IMG/VR virus record: IMGVR_UViG_3300021431_000008
Strand: one strand, 5' to 3'
Length of the DNA stretch: 27,456 nt
From: a virus
Taxonomy: Duplodnaviria > Heunggongvirae > Uroviricota > Caudoviricetes
The notes under the pieces are model-generated. The model saw only the letters and a program-made list of their open reading frames with translations, ran no database searches and was not told the origin of the DNA. Each line of letters opens with the position of its first letter. The first letter of the stretch is position 1. Of this stretch, positions 1 to 8,322 are shown one piece after another. Position numbers and translations under genes: made by a program.

Positions 1-1
1 G

Positions 2-364
2 CTGACCATTGTGACTTACCTTAGCATTAGCGGCATAAGCGTCTTGAGCACCGGTAGGCTGTCTCCATTCAGGCCACTCTTCACCAGGCTCATCGACTCG
101 AGTCCAGATCGCCGGAACAAGATGAGGGGGCCATGTCGATAGAGAATCGTGGCTTTTAGGAATTAAGCGATAAAGATATCCATCTTCAGGATCGCGAACA
201 CGAAGAAGTTCTTCGTCGGTACTCTTCTCATAATGCATATTTGATCGCCAGTATGGAAACAATTCGGAGACTTCGATCGCAATTTCATCGGGGAGACGAG
301 GCAGTGCAGCATTAATCTCTGCGGTTCTGCTGTTGATGGCATTGAGCGTTTCCATTAATGTCAT
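2..364 (-). CDS. Carbohydrate-binding module (CBM5/12, ChiC-like) containing phage protein, truncated by the window edge
   Basis: Not in the ORF track; translated by hand: MTLMETLNAINSRTAEINAALPRLPDEIAIEVSELFPYWRSNMHY...YLYRLIPKSHDSLSTWPPHLVPAIWTRVDEPGEEWPEWRQPTGAQDAYAANAKVSHNGQ. ATG at 364 overlaps the TGA of the 291 aa gene (ATGA). The Trp-rich pattern LFPxW..H.S..W.P...PA.W / W.EW.QPTGA.DAY...KVSHNG matches tandem CBM5/12-like modules of gut phage tail-region proteins. Confidence 0.75.
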   Translation of the reverse strand, partial: MTLMETLNAINSRTAEINAALPRLPDEIAIEVSELFPYWRSNMHYEKSTDEELLRVRDPEDGYLYRLIPKSHDSLSTWPPHLVPAIWTRVDEPGEEWPEWRQPTGAQDAYAANAKVSHNGQ

Positions 365-1236
365 CCTGTCAACACCTCCCCGGTCAAATAATCGTACTGA
401 ATCACTGTCGTATTCGGCGCGAGAGCTTCCATAAAGCCCGCTGCGGGAGACCGATAACTCGCGACATAGACTTTAAGAGTCATACCATCTTCACTGCCGA
501 CGTTGTTTTTGCTGATTCCTGGAGGTACGGGAAAATCTTTGCGGAAATACCCGCCGCCCCGCCAATACGGTCCTCCGAGTTTTCCAAGCGTCAATTCCGT
601 CAAATTCGTTGCATTAAAAGCATAATGCCCGGCAGAGATATTGTTGTACTGCGTCGCACTCGAATCGTATTCCGCCCCATTTAAATTTAACACTGTTGTC
701 GGCTCAATATGCAGTTTTTTTAAAGCCGGATAGTTTTCAGACGAAAACTGGTTCTCTACAGCAATCGTTTGATTCGCAGCATTATTACGAACAGTTCCGG
801 TTAGAGTGAGTTCTCTCAAATATGGCATAGAGCCATAGCGTCCGAAGACGTCAGCTATTTGATATCCGTTCGTCCTTTCCATAGACAAATCTATAGTCAT
901 TTTTGCTGTGTAAAGCAGTCCTGTTGACGAAGTATACACTTCAATAGTATCGCTTTGAACTTCAGAAGTAATTGTACGAATTACACCGCCATTTTCATCA
1001 AGGGTATCAACAATCTTGATGACAGTAGCATCGTCTTCTGACAAATGGATATTTCCCTCAAGATCTTGATAAATTGTCCCGCCAGAACTCGAAATATTTT
1101 TGCCTGTTCCGGTCAATTTCACACCGGCGGAACTATAAAAGTATTTTCCTTCAGCAACATCGTCAGCTGTCGCTGTCGTATCGGTAAGGTCAATCAGCAC
1201 GGTTCCGTCCGCTAATTGAACTTTATTATTGGCCAT
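361..1236 (-). CDS. Putative tail fibre/adhesin-like accessory protein, 291 aa, with LRR-like C-terminal part
   Basis: SD GGAG upstream. N-terminal VLIDLTDTTATADDV..G..F...G.KLTGT module shared with the adjacent 198 aa gene. Three LxxLxL strands (LRELTL, LKKLHI, LTELTL). Located at the distal end of the tail module. Confidence 0.55.
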   Translation of the reverse strand: MANNKVQLADGTVLIDLTDTTATADDVAEGKYFYSSAGVKLTGTGKNISSSGGTIYQDLEGNIHLSEDDATVIKIVDTLDENGGVIRTITSEVQSDTIEVYTSSTGLLYTAKMTIDLSMERTNGYQIADVFGRYGSMPYLRELTLTGTVRNNAANQTIAVENQFSSENYPALKKLHIEPTTVLNLNGAEYDSSATQYNNISAGHYAFNATNLTELTLGKLGGPYWRGGGYFRKDFPVPPGISKNNVGSEDGMTLKVYVASYRSPAAGFMEALAPNTTVIQYDYLTGEVLTG

Positions 1237-1249
1237 GCCGATTTTCTCC

Positions 1250-1264
1250 TTCCATTTTGAATTT
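1250..1264 (-). promoter_or_regulatory. 15-mer AAATTCAAAATGGAA, copy upstream of the 291 aa gene
   Basis: Exact match; overlaps the stop codon of the 198 aa gene and precedes the SD of the next gene. Confidence 0.55.
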
Positions 1265-1859
1265 ACGCGGCAGATCCAATAGTGACGGTCTTTCCGCCAG
1301 CAGAGTTGTCAGCATAGGTAACCGTAATCGCATTCACAGTTACCTGGCTCAAGCAGTTATAGCCAGTATCGGGCGCAATAACCTGAGCCGTAAACGTCGG
1401 GGTTACGGTCTTCGCCTGAGCAGACATGTCTTCGCTGCCGCTCATGGTACCCTCAACGCCAAGAATCGTGATGCCTTCACGAATATTCTCGGCAATGATC
1501 TTCGCCTGCTCCGTTGCAGCAATGCTGACCTTACCGGAGCCGTCATGATAGCCCTGAGGAATGGTGTATTCCTGAGCCTTTGTCGTAATCGTGCCGGTGA
1601 CAGCGCCGTTATTGGTCATCGTACCGGTCAGCTTCGCGCCTCGGGCATAGGCGGTCTTAGTTGCAAGAATTTCACCAACGGCAGCGGTCGCATCGCTGGT
1701 GTCGCTATCAAATGTGCAGCTGCCTGTGATAGGAGCGCCATCCTTACCGTGAGCCGTATAATCCTTAAGCAGATGCGCGGCGTCAACAGTATCGCTGGTA
1801 AGGTCCATCAGTACCTCGCCGGAGGCAAGGACGACTTTAGAATTGTAAGTATTAGGCAT
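1263..1859 (-). CDS. Tail-associated accessory/fibre-like protein (about 198 aa, start MPNTYN)
   Basis: GGAGG SD 8 nt before the ATG at 1859, so the track start at 1874 is probably too long. Contains YTIPQGYHDGSG and AQAKTVTPT..QVI.PD.GY..LSQVTV.AI modules typical of phage tail accessory proteins. Confidence 0.6.
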   Translation of the reverse strand: MPNTYNSKVVLASGEVLMDLTSDTVDAAHLLKDYTAHGKDGAPITGSCTFDSDTSDATAAVGEILATKTAYARGAKLTGTMTNNGAVTGTITTKAQEYTIPQGYHDGSGKVSIAATEQAKIIAENIREGITILGVEGTMSGSEDMSAQAKTVTPTFTAQVIAPDTGYNCLSQVTVNAITVTYADNSAGGKTVTIGSAA

Positions 1860-1863
1860 AATT

Positions 1864-2157
1864 TTATCCTCCAATATAAACTGTTGTGCCGCCAGCCGGA
1901 TTCGCTGTACGGCTTACCGGAATTGAATAAACAGTCACGTCGTCGCGCAAAAGTTTATTTGTAGTTTCCAGATACTGATTTTCAAAAGTCGGAGTCACTG
2001 TGTAAGAACCATCATACTCGTCAGCTTCGATCTGCTTGACCTGAATGACGGTATCGATTTCCACATCAAGCTCCTCAAGGGCATCGAGTTCGAGATCGTA
2101 TTCTTCGGTCGATACATCGAGATCGAGTAAAATCGGCTCAAGATACGTAGCATTCAC
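1864..2157 (-). CDS. Small acidic tail-region protein, 97 aa
   Basis: GTG start overlapping the upstream TGA (GTGA), with SD GAGGGTG. C-terminal YDGSYTVTPT...NPAGGTTVYIG resembles the C-terminus of the 198 aa protein. Confidence 0.65.
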   Translation of the reverse strand: MNATYLEPILLDLDVSTEEYDLELDALEELDVEIDTVIQVKQIEADEYDGSYTVTPTFENQYLETTNKLLRDDVTVYSIPVSRTANPAGGTTVYIGG

Positions 2158-2486
2158 TCGATCACCCTCTTAAGAAGCTGCTTGGTAATGGGGAACGATT
2201 TGACTTTGGTAGCTGCACGACGTACAGTCACGCCGTCACCATCCAGATACGTCCAGTTAATCTGCACTTCGCAGTTAGTGCCTTCCGTAAGCTTCAGGCT
2301 CTCTTCTTGCTCCAGAAAAACGGAAACTTCTTTCGGCTGAACTTCAAGATCGTCCCCGGTTTTTTCAAAAATTTTACCGCCCTGAACAAGCGTCACATAG
2401 ACGTTGTTAGCGGCGGTAAGATCGATATTGGTATCCTTATAATCTCGGATTTTAAAAGTAAATGTGGGAGTAGTTCCTCGAATCAT
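2154..2486 (-). CDS. Tail/baseplate-region protein, 110 aa (MIRGTTPT family, BppU N-terminal-like)
   Basis: SD GGGAGG. The N-terminus MIRGTTPTFTF and the T..L...........EVQINW pattern are recognised from siphovirus distal tail regions; the exact function is not established from sequence. Confidence 0.55.
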   Translation of the reverse strand: MIRGTTPTFTFKIRDYKDTNIDLTAANNVYVTLVQGGKIFEKTGDDLEVQPKEVSVFLEQEESLKLTEGTNCEVQINWTYLDGDGVTVRRAATKVKSFPITKQLLKRVIE

Positions 2487-2498
2487 GGTGCATCGCCT

Positions 2499-2512
2499 CC
2501 CATTTTGATTTT
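2499..2512 (-). promoter_or_regulatory. Variant motif AAAATCAAAATGGG upstream of the 110 aa gene
   Basis: Intergenic, same orientation, shares the TCAAAATGG core and runs directly into the SD GGGAGG. Confidence 0.45.
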
Positions 2513-2525
2513 ACTCCAGATTAGA

Positions 2526-3353
2526 TTATCGCTCTAAATAGAATTCGGTAATAATTGCGGTTTTCGCAACATATCCGGCCATAGCCAGAGCCACGTAGTA
2601 TTCGCCACTGAGAGAAGAAATATCAATTTCAACTGTTCCAGCTGCACTAAATGTCTGAGACAAGGTAGTTCCGGCAGGAAGTTTAGTCATTTGTCCAGTT
2701 GATGAATTAGTTGGATTCCATGAAGCAGTTTTCTGCGTACGCACTGCCAACCATGATCCAGGACCATGGCTATCATCTTCAATACCGGTTTCGGATAAGA
2801 CCGTCATGGCAAGTTTTGAATACGAGGTAAGATCTATTTTATTAACGGTAGATAAAATAACACCCGATGTTTTAGCAACGGAAATGTAAATATGATCTGT
2901 ATTCAACGAAAAGCTACTTTTATTATTGAAGCCAACGCTTGTATCCATACTTCCGCCAGATGCCCAGCCACCGGTTAAATCAGTGCACTCGTCACCGGCA
3001 TTATACAGATAAATGCGCCATTCAATCCAATTCGTGCCGTCATAGCTCATGGCAACTTTCGGTTCCCAAACGCCATTAATATACTGGAATGTCGCGATTG
3101 GATAAACCATCAAAGCATTTTCTTTCAGAACATTTATTCCGGCCACAGAACTTAATCCGGTGCGAACCCAAAGCCACCCTTCAGAAGGGTTTGAGGGCTC
3201 GACAGGGCTAACGGACCAACCAGTAATAGCTTGATCAGTATTGATCCAAATAGTATTGGCGCCAGGCGAAATGGGCTGTTCGGTCGATGCAATCAACGTC
3301 AGATCGATTCCGCCGCCAGTTCCTCCGCCAACCATATTCATTACAAGACTCAT
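2526..3353 (-). CDS. Putative tail fibre/receptor-binding protein, 275 aa
   Basis: ATGA overlap with the upstream gene. Gly linker near the N-terminus, P...NTIWINT / P....EGWLWV repeats, YLYNAGDECTDLTGGW motif, beta-rich C-terminal domain. Confidence 0.55.
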   Translation of the reverse strand: MSLVMNMVGGGTGGGIDLTLIASTEQPISPGANTIWINTDQAITGWSVSPVEPSNPSEGWLWVRTGLSSVAGINVLKENALMVYPIATFQYINGVWEPKVAMSYDGTNWIEWRIYLYNAGDECTDLTGGWASGGSMDTSVGFNNKSSFSLNTDHIYISVAKTSGVILSTVNKIDLTSYSKLAMTVLSETGIEDDSHGPGSWLAVRTQKTASWNPTNSSTGQMTKLPAGTTLSQTFSAAGTVEIDISSLSGEYYVALAMAGYVAKTAIITEFYLER

Positions 3354-4786
3354 GCGCTCACCATCCTTACAACTTTCACTGTAAGACTATTTAACGGGAC
3401 ACTGTCGCAATGGAACGTAATGCTGCCGTTAGTCGTAATGTCATCAGCGTAAATCTGGCACTGAGCATACTCGGCAAATGATTCACTAGACGGAGACACC
3501 TGATACACATACCCGCTTGCTAAAAACTTAACATCAAGTACAGTCAGCATTTTGTTGGACCAGGACACCGGAAGCGTGATGGTGAATGTAGTCACTTTCA
3601 ATGCCGAAACATCGTTTTGCAGATTTGTAATAGTTTGGGTTTCAACGAGATCGGCGCCATTTCGCTTATCTACTTTATTCGTTACCGTATTCTTAAGCGT
3701 GTTATAATCCGACGTGGAGACAAGATCATATCCAGTTTTCTTATCAACTTTATTCGATGTAAGAGATGCCACATTGTTCGTCAGTGTGGTAAGAGCTGCC
3801 TTGATCTTATTAACAATTAAATATAACAGACCGGTATGATTAATATATTTACTAGTTGTGCTGGAAATCGCAGTTTCGTTCCAAAGTGTGTCAATTTCAT
3901 TATTGGTAAGATCTTCGAAACTTAGACCAATCTGTCCCTGCCACTCCCAAGCAGATCCAGTCCAACGATAAATATCATAAGGAGTCGGAGCACCGGGACC
4001 GACATTATACTGATCACCTTCCTGAGGATTCAGTGAACTGGTAGCAGCCTGAAGATCCTCGAGAGTTGCATAAGCAGAGCCCTTGATCGTAAAGTTGATA
4101 CCGGGTTTACCTTGCTTTAAAACAAAGTGAATATCAGCATGTCCATCAACAGTTCGCATAGAGGCAGCGGCAGTTGTTTCAGGGCCGGCATCTTCACTAC
4201 TGACAGTAAGACCGTTAATGTAAGTTGCAGCTGCTTCGGCGTCAGACGCCCCATTCGTTGCTGACTGGATGGCAGTTGTAATCTGACTGGACAAGCCGCC
4301 GGATCTGGTCCAGGAAGTTACAATATCCGTCGCTTTACCAGCTTCGGTCGTTGCGTTACTAATAGCAGTATTAATCTGAACCGAAAGCCCATTATCGCCA
4401 GTCCAGGAATCGACAATAGCTTTAGCTTTAGCGGCCTGCTCTTGGGCAGCCTGTGCACCCTTATTAGCATCCGACATTGCTTTTGCAACTTGAGCGTTTG
4501 TTTCTTCATTCCATTTTTTAACAATCGCTTCTGCTCTAGGAGCATAGTCCTCTGCTTGCTGAGCATACGTTTCAAGTTGACTCGCTATTTGAGCAGCGGC
4601 ATCCCCCTTACGCTGTGCTTCATTACCTTTACCAGTCGCGTCGGTAACTGCAGCTTCAATCTGCGTGACGCCGTTCGATACGTCAGCATAGCACTGTTCA
4701 ATACTGTCATGGATTGCGGAACGCACCTGTTCACCATAACGAGCATTGGCAATACGGTTAAGTAGATCCTGTATATTCGCCGCCAT
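3350..4786 (-). CDS. Baseplate upper/fibre-like structural protein (about 478 aa, start MAANIQ)
   Basis: SD GGTGAGG 3 nt before the ATG at 4786 (track start 4795). Ala-rich coiled-coil N-half, short LKQGKPG collagen-like junction, GDQYNVG..YDIYRWTGSAWEWQGQI module, two KVDK repeats. Confidence 0.6.
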   Translation of the reverse strand: MAANIQDLLNRIANARYGEQVRSAIHDSIEQCYADVSNGVTQIEAAVTDATGKGNEAQRKGDAAAQIASQLETYAQQAEDYAPRAEAIVKKWNEETNAQVAKAMSDANKGAQAAQEQAAKAKAIVDSWTGDNGLSVQINTAISNATTEAGKATDIVTSWTRSGGLSSQITTAIQSATNGASDAEAAATYINGLTVSSEDAGPETTAAASMRTVDGHADIHFVLKQGKPGINFTIKGSAYATLEDLQAATSSLNPQEGDQYNVGPGAPTPYDIYRWTGSAWEWQGQIGLSFEDLTNNEIDTLWNETAISSTTSKYINHTGLLYLIVNKIKAALTTLTNNVASLTSNKVDKKTGYDLVSTSDYNTLKNTVTNKVDKRNGADLVETQTITNLQNDVSALKVTTFTITLPVSWSNKMLTVLDVKFLASGYVYQVSPSSESFAEYAQCQIYADDITTNGSITFHCDSVPLNSLTVKVVRMVSA

Positions 4787-4952
4787 TTTCCTCACCTGCT
4801 TTGTTAGTCATAGATTGAATATCAGAAATAAGCCCGCTGCAGATCTCATAGATATATGCTACAGCAGTCGCGTTCTTTACGCCTTTGATTTCAATATTGT
4901 TTACGATTTCCTGAATGCTCATGATTTTCTTAGTGATTTCTGTGATGTCCAT
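4758..4952 (-). CDS. Small hypothetical protein, 64 aa, directly after the Tal-like gene
   Basis: SD AAAGGA upstream. Fills the gap between the Tal-like gene and the 478 aa gene in operon orientation. Confidence 0.6.
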   Translation of the reverse strand: MDITEITKKIMSIQEIVNNIEIKGVKNATAVAYIYEICSGLISDIQSMTNKAGEENGGEYTGST

Positions 4953-4981
4953 AAGAATTATGTTCCTTTCTGTTTTATTAA

Positions 4982-7231
4982 TTATGCGCGGAAAGAAATA
5001 TTAGCCGTCTGATAAGGTTCTCCGTTAGAAAGATATATTCGAACCGTTGCTGAACACCAATAGCCTCCTTCCCCATCTGGGGACGCAGTTCCAGCATTTC
5101 CGGGCACATAACAAGAGGTAACGGAAACTTCTTTAGCGCCATGATCATATGCTTTTTTAGCATCAACATAAATTTTATTAGTTGCCCCGATCGTACCATT
5201 ATTTAAGATTGCATGAATTGGTACCGAAAACTGCTTAGAGGGTTTTATGTATGCGACAAAATTTGTTTCATCTTCAAACATTTCAAGGGACTTAATTTTT
5301 ACCGCCGATATCGAATCCTTGAAAAACTTCGTATCGGCTATATTAAAAGTTGAGTCTTCCCATGTAAGTTCACCAAGTTTAACCTCGCCGTTTGTCTCAA
5401 CTGTCAATTTATGACGATGATCTTTAATATCTCTATTACCATTTCCTTTAAGAAAGAAATAACTTGCATAGACACCCGGCACATCGATATACCCAGAGTT
5501 TGTCATAAAAGTTAAATACTTAAAACTAATATTACCATCCTCACCCATAATTGATAATTTATTAGCTTTAATAGTACCAGACTCTGTTAATAAATCAAAA
5601 ACGGTAGTATGAAGCGACATTAAATCGCTATTCATAGCAATCGACGACTGCGGAGTATATTGAACATGCGTATTGCCATTTTGATCTTCGACAACGCTTG
5701 TATTATACTGAACACCAAGATTGATCTCAGCGAGTTCGTGTGTATTATCGTCCTGAACATAAATGTGAACTTCCGGACCATTCGGACCTGTCACCACATT
5801 CACGCCAGCTTGATTTGCAATGTTGTCGCACCTGGATTTAAAAGATGAAACCAGATCAATGGCAGAACCGTCAGCATCGCTTCCAAGTAAAATCTTTGTT
5901 CCGGTAACAATCTTCTGGTCAACCGGATTATCAGGATCGCCGCCTGGGTTCCAGACTCTCGTAAACAAAGTATTCAGATCAATAATACCGTGCTCACTGT
6001 CAGTATTAATCCAAGCTTTATAAAAATCGATCTGATTCTCGGTCGAGGCTTCTTCGGCTTGTTTAGCTGCACCGCCGCCACCGCCACCGCCTTTTTCGGG
6101 CTTACGGTCCTGACGATAGCGCTCGGTCAAAGACTGCTTCGGCTTACCAAATGTATAGCTAGTATTAGCAGGATTCGCTAAATCATATACAATTTTTGTG
6201 CAAATTAAATCCGGGTCATCAACGCCATGGCCCGGAGACAAAACATGTACTTTATCACCCAAGCGGATCGGTTGCACGCCCGGATTTAACAAATGCATAT
6301 CAACGGCGGTAACTGTAAAGGTAATCGGCGGAATCGCATGCTCGGCCAAATATCTTTGTCCGTTTTCCATAAGTGTCTTGGCGCTCGTAACACCTTCAAA
6401 CACATTGGTCTTAACAATGCGACCGTAACGTTCAAGTGCTTCCTCATTTACAAGTTCATTACTTCCATTGTTAACAGACTTGATCGTGAGATTTTCTTCG
6501 CCAAGCGGAATTAAAACACTAAATGCGTCTTCCGCATTATTCTCTTCTGTCAGATCAAGTAAATTCCTACCAAAAGAGATTGTCTGTGTGCTCTCAGCAT
6601 AATGGTCCTTCAGCCAGTCAATATATGTAATGCCGAGATCTTTGTCATACCGAGTTCTTAAATATCCGCCACAGTAATCGATCAAGCTGCATTCCAGATA
6701 ATCAAAGCTCGTCTGCCAGTTCCCTACTTCGCCATTGATAACAATTTGGTTATAGTCAAATTTATTAGTTTCTTTGTCAATTATATTTTCAGACTTACCG
6801 GCTACGTACACCTTTCGTTCATCAACGGTGACATCGCCAACAGTAAAGACTTTTTCACTGCCCTGAACCATCTGATTATGCTTTTCGATGATCTTCGTAA
6901 ATAACTCTGTCGACGATCCATCAAATTTCTCAGGATTTTGAACAGTATCAATTAAATATGAAAGATCACCTTCACCGTAGATGGTACGGATCAGATTGAA
7001 GTTTTTCGTATTGGATAAGACTCTTCCGCGAAAGATCTCATCTCCATCTTCCGTAACGGTAAGAATCGCTTTTAGCTGCTGAAGATTACCATAGTAAGAA
7101 TTGGTCGGGGGAATGCCGAATTCAAGCGACCCGGCTTTCCCCATTTCGACCGTCAGCCTCGGTGATGTTAACCGAAGCCGTTCGTTAGCAGGCTGATAAA
7201 TTAATTTACCATCTGCATAGATTTGATACAT
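4982..7231 (-). CDS. Tal-like tail tip/hub protein (prophage endopeptidase tail family-like), 749 aa
   Basis: Third gene of the TMP-Dit-Tal triad, with TAATG overlap to Dit. Motifs EIFRGRVL, GEGDLSYLIDT, QTISFGRNLLD, LIPLG, LERYGRIVK..F.GV, AVDMHLL....I.LGDKV.V, then a Gly7 linker and a variable C-terminus. Confidence 0.8.
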   Translation of the reverse strand: MYQIYADGKLIYQPANERLRLTSPRLTVEMGKAGSLEFGIPPTNSYYGNLQQLKAILTVTEDGDEIFRGRVLSNTKNFNLIRTIYGEGDLSYLIDTVQNPEKFDGSSTELFTKIIEKHNQMVQGSEKVFTVGDVTVDERKVYVAGKSENIIDKETNKFDYNQIVINGEVGNWQTSFDYLECSLIDYCGGYLRTRYDKDLGITYIDWLKDHYAESTQTISFGRNLLDLTEENNAEDAFSVLIPLGEENLTIKSVNNGSNELVNEEALERYGRIVKTNVFEGVTSAKTLMENGQRYLAEHAIPPITFTVTAVDMHLLNPGVQPIRLGDKVHVLSPGHGVDDPDLICTKIVYDLANPANTSYTFGKPKQSLTERYRQDRKPEKGGGGGGGAAKQAEEASTENQIDFYKAWINTDSEHGIIDLNTLFTRVWNPGGDPDNPVDQKIVTGTKILLGSDADGSAIDLVSSFKSRCDNIANQAGVNVVTGPNGPEVHIYVQDDNTHELAEINLGVQYNTSVVEDQNGNTHVQYTPQSSIAMNSDLMSLHTTVFDLLTESGTIKANKLSIMGEDGNISFKYLTFMTNSGYIDVPGVYASYFFLKGNGNRDIKDHRHKLTVETNGEVKLGELTWEDSTFNIADTKFFKDSISAVKIKSLEMFEDETNFVAYIKPSKQFSVPIHAILNNGTIGATNKIYVDAKKAYDHGAKEVSVTSCYVPGNAGTASPDGEGGYWCSATVRIYLSNGEPYQTANISFRA

Positions 7232-8319
7232 TACAGCCTGCCTCCTGTATTTTCTATTGATACAATACCCGTACCGGTAAACGTGAGCACGTTTTCTCCG
7301 GTCGAGAAAGTAATGCTCTCCAGAATATTGGTACCCTGAGAAAGCGGATAGGTTTTCTCGTTGATTGTAACGCTCATTGTAAAAGGTTCATTTTGATACG
7401 TTGAGCAAGTAATGATCGGCGAACTCTCATAAATCTCTCCGATATAGGTAACAACATCAGTTCCTCGAACGATAACATTCTTAGTGGATTCGATGCGGCT
7501 TTCTTCATGAGTGACGCCTTCTTCGTCTTCGTAAGTTTCGAATACGAAGGGATCCCAAAGCCACTTATCGCCGGAAGAGAGAATCGATCTCTTATACGGC
7601 CCTACATTATAGTTAATCGTAATTCTCGACCAGTCTTTGTCGCTCTTCCATTCATTAAGAGAAAAGCGCCCTTCGTAATAATACTCAGGGTCGTCGTCAA
7701 GGATTGCTTTAAATTCCTTACCATGTAAGTAGGTAGCAATATCACTGTAACGGTCATACCACTCACCATAATCATTCATAACCAGAAATTCGAAACTCCC
7801 TTGACGATTTCCATAAACCGGTCGCCCGGCAAGGACGGTTGTAAGATCGAGCATACCGTCCCCACCGGGTATATCCACGTAATTTGTTTTCACATTCGGC
7901 ATATTGAACTTCGGTCTGGAAGTAGGCACAAGATGCCAATCATCCCAGGTGTTCTTTTCGCCGATTGTAATTGAATGATATTGTCTCGCTAATTCAGAGC
8001 TTGTGCTCGAAGAATGATCATGCGAACCGAAGTTGACGGAAACGCCTTCATAATCGCGAACGTTCTGATAGCCGTTTTTATCAATAAAAAGTGTCCCGAC
8101 AGGATCGACATATCTAGACGGTATGGCTTCCACCGAAACGCTATTCAGGCCATCATATTCGGAATCTGCTTTAATAACCTGAGTTTCTTTCGTAGGTGTA
8201 GCAGATTTATCTTGGAGATTAGGATTACCACTGACCTCAACGGATCGTTCAACGCCGTCATCGTTAATCAGTATACTTACGATTGCACGACCATTCTGAT
8301 CAAGAAAGTCAGTTGCCAT
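7231..8319 (-). CDS. Distal tail protein (Dit-like), 362 aa, with about 113 aa N-terminal extension
   Basis: Immediately after the tape measure gene. Core YHSITIGEKNTWDDWHLVPTSRP..P.VKT.YVDIPGGDG.LDLT..L.GRPVY.NR.GSFEF...LHGK.....LDDDPEYYYEGRF is typical of siphovirus Dit proteins. Confidence 0.8.
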   Translation of the reverse strand: MATDFLDQNGRAIVSILINDDGVERSVEVSGNPNLQDKSATPTKETQVIKADSEYDGLNSVSVEAIPSRYVDPVGTLFIDKNGYQNVRDYEGVSVNFGSHDHSSSTSSELARQYHSITIGEKNTWDDWHLVPTSRPKFNMPNVKTNYVDIPGGDGMLDLTTVLAGRPVYGNRQGSFEFLVMNDYGEWYDRYSDIATYLHGKEFKAILDDDPEYYYEGRFSLNEWKSDKDWSRITINYNVGPYKRSILSSGDKWLWDPFVFETYEDEEGVTHEESRIESTKNVIVRGTDVVTYIGEIYESSPIITCSTYQNEPFTMSVTINEKTYPLSQGTNILESITFSTGENVLTFTGTGIVSIENTGGRL

Positions 8320-8322
8320 ATC

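Noticed and set aside
361-3353. Diversity-generating retroelement targeting the fibre/adhesin genes
   Set aside because: No reverse transcriptase and no VR/TR pair with adenine-specific mismatches is visible in the window. A remote TR cannot be excluded. The 241 bp repeat mismatches involve all bases and are mostly synonymous, so they are not DGR-like.
975-8310. LDENG in the 291 aa protein and LDQNG at the Dit N-terminus as further copies of the cargo leader
   Set aside because: Neither is followed by PxL[AS]H or preceded by S[DN]Y; D[EQ]NG is a common beta-turn.
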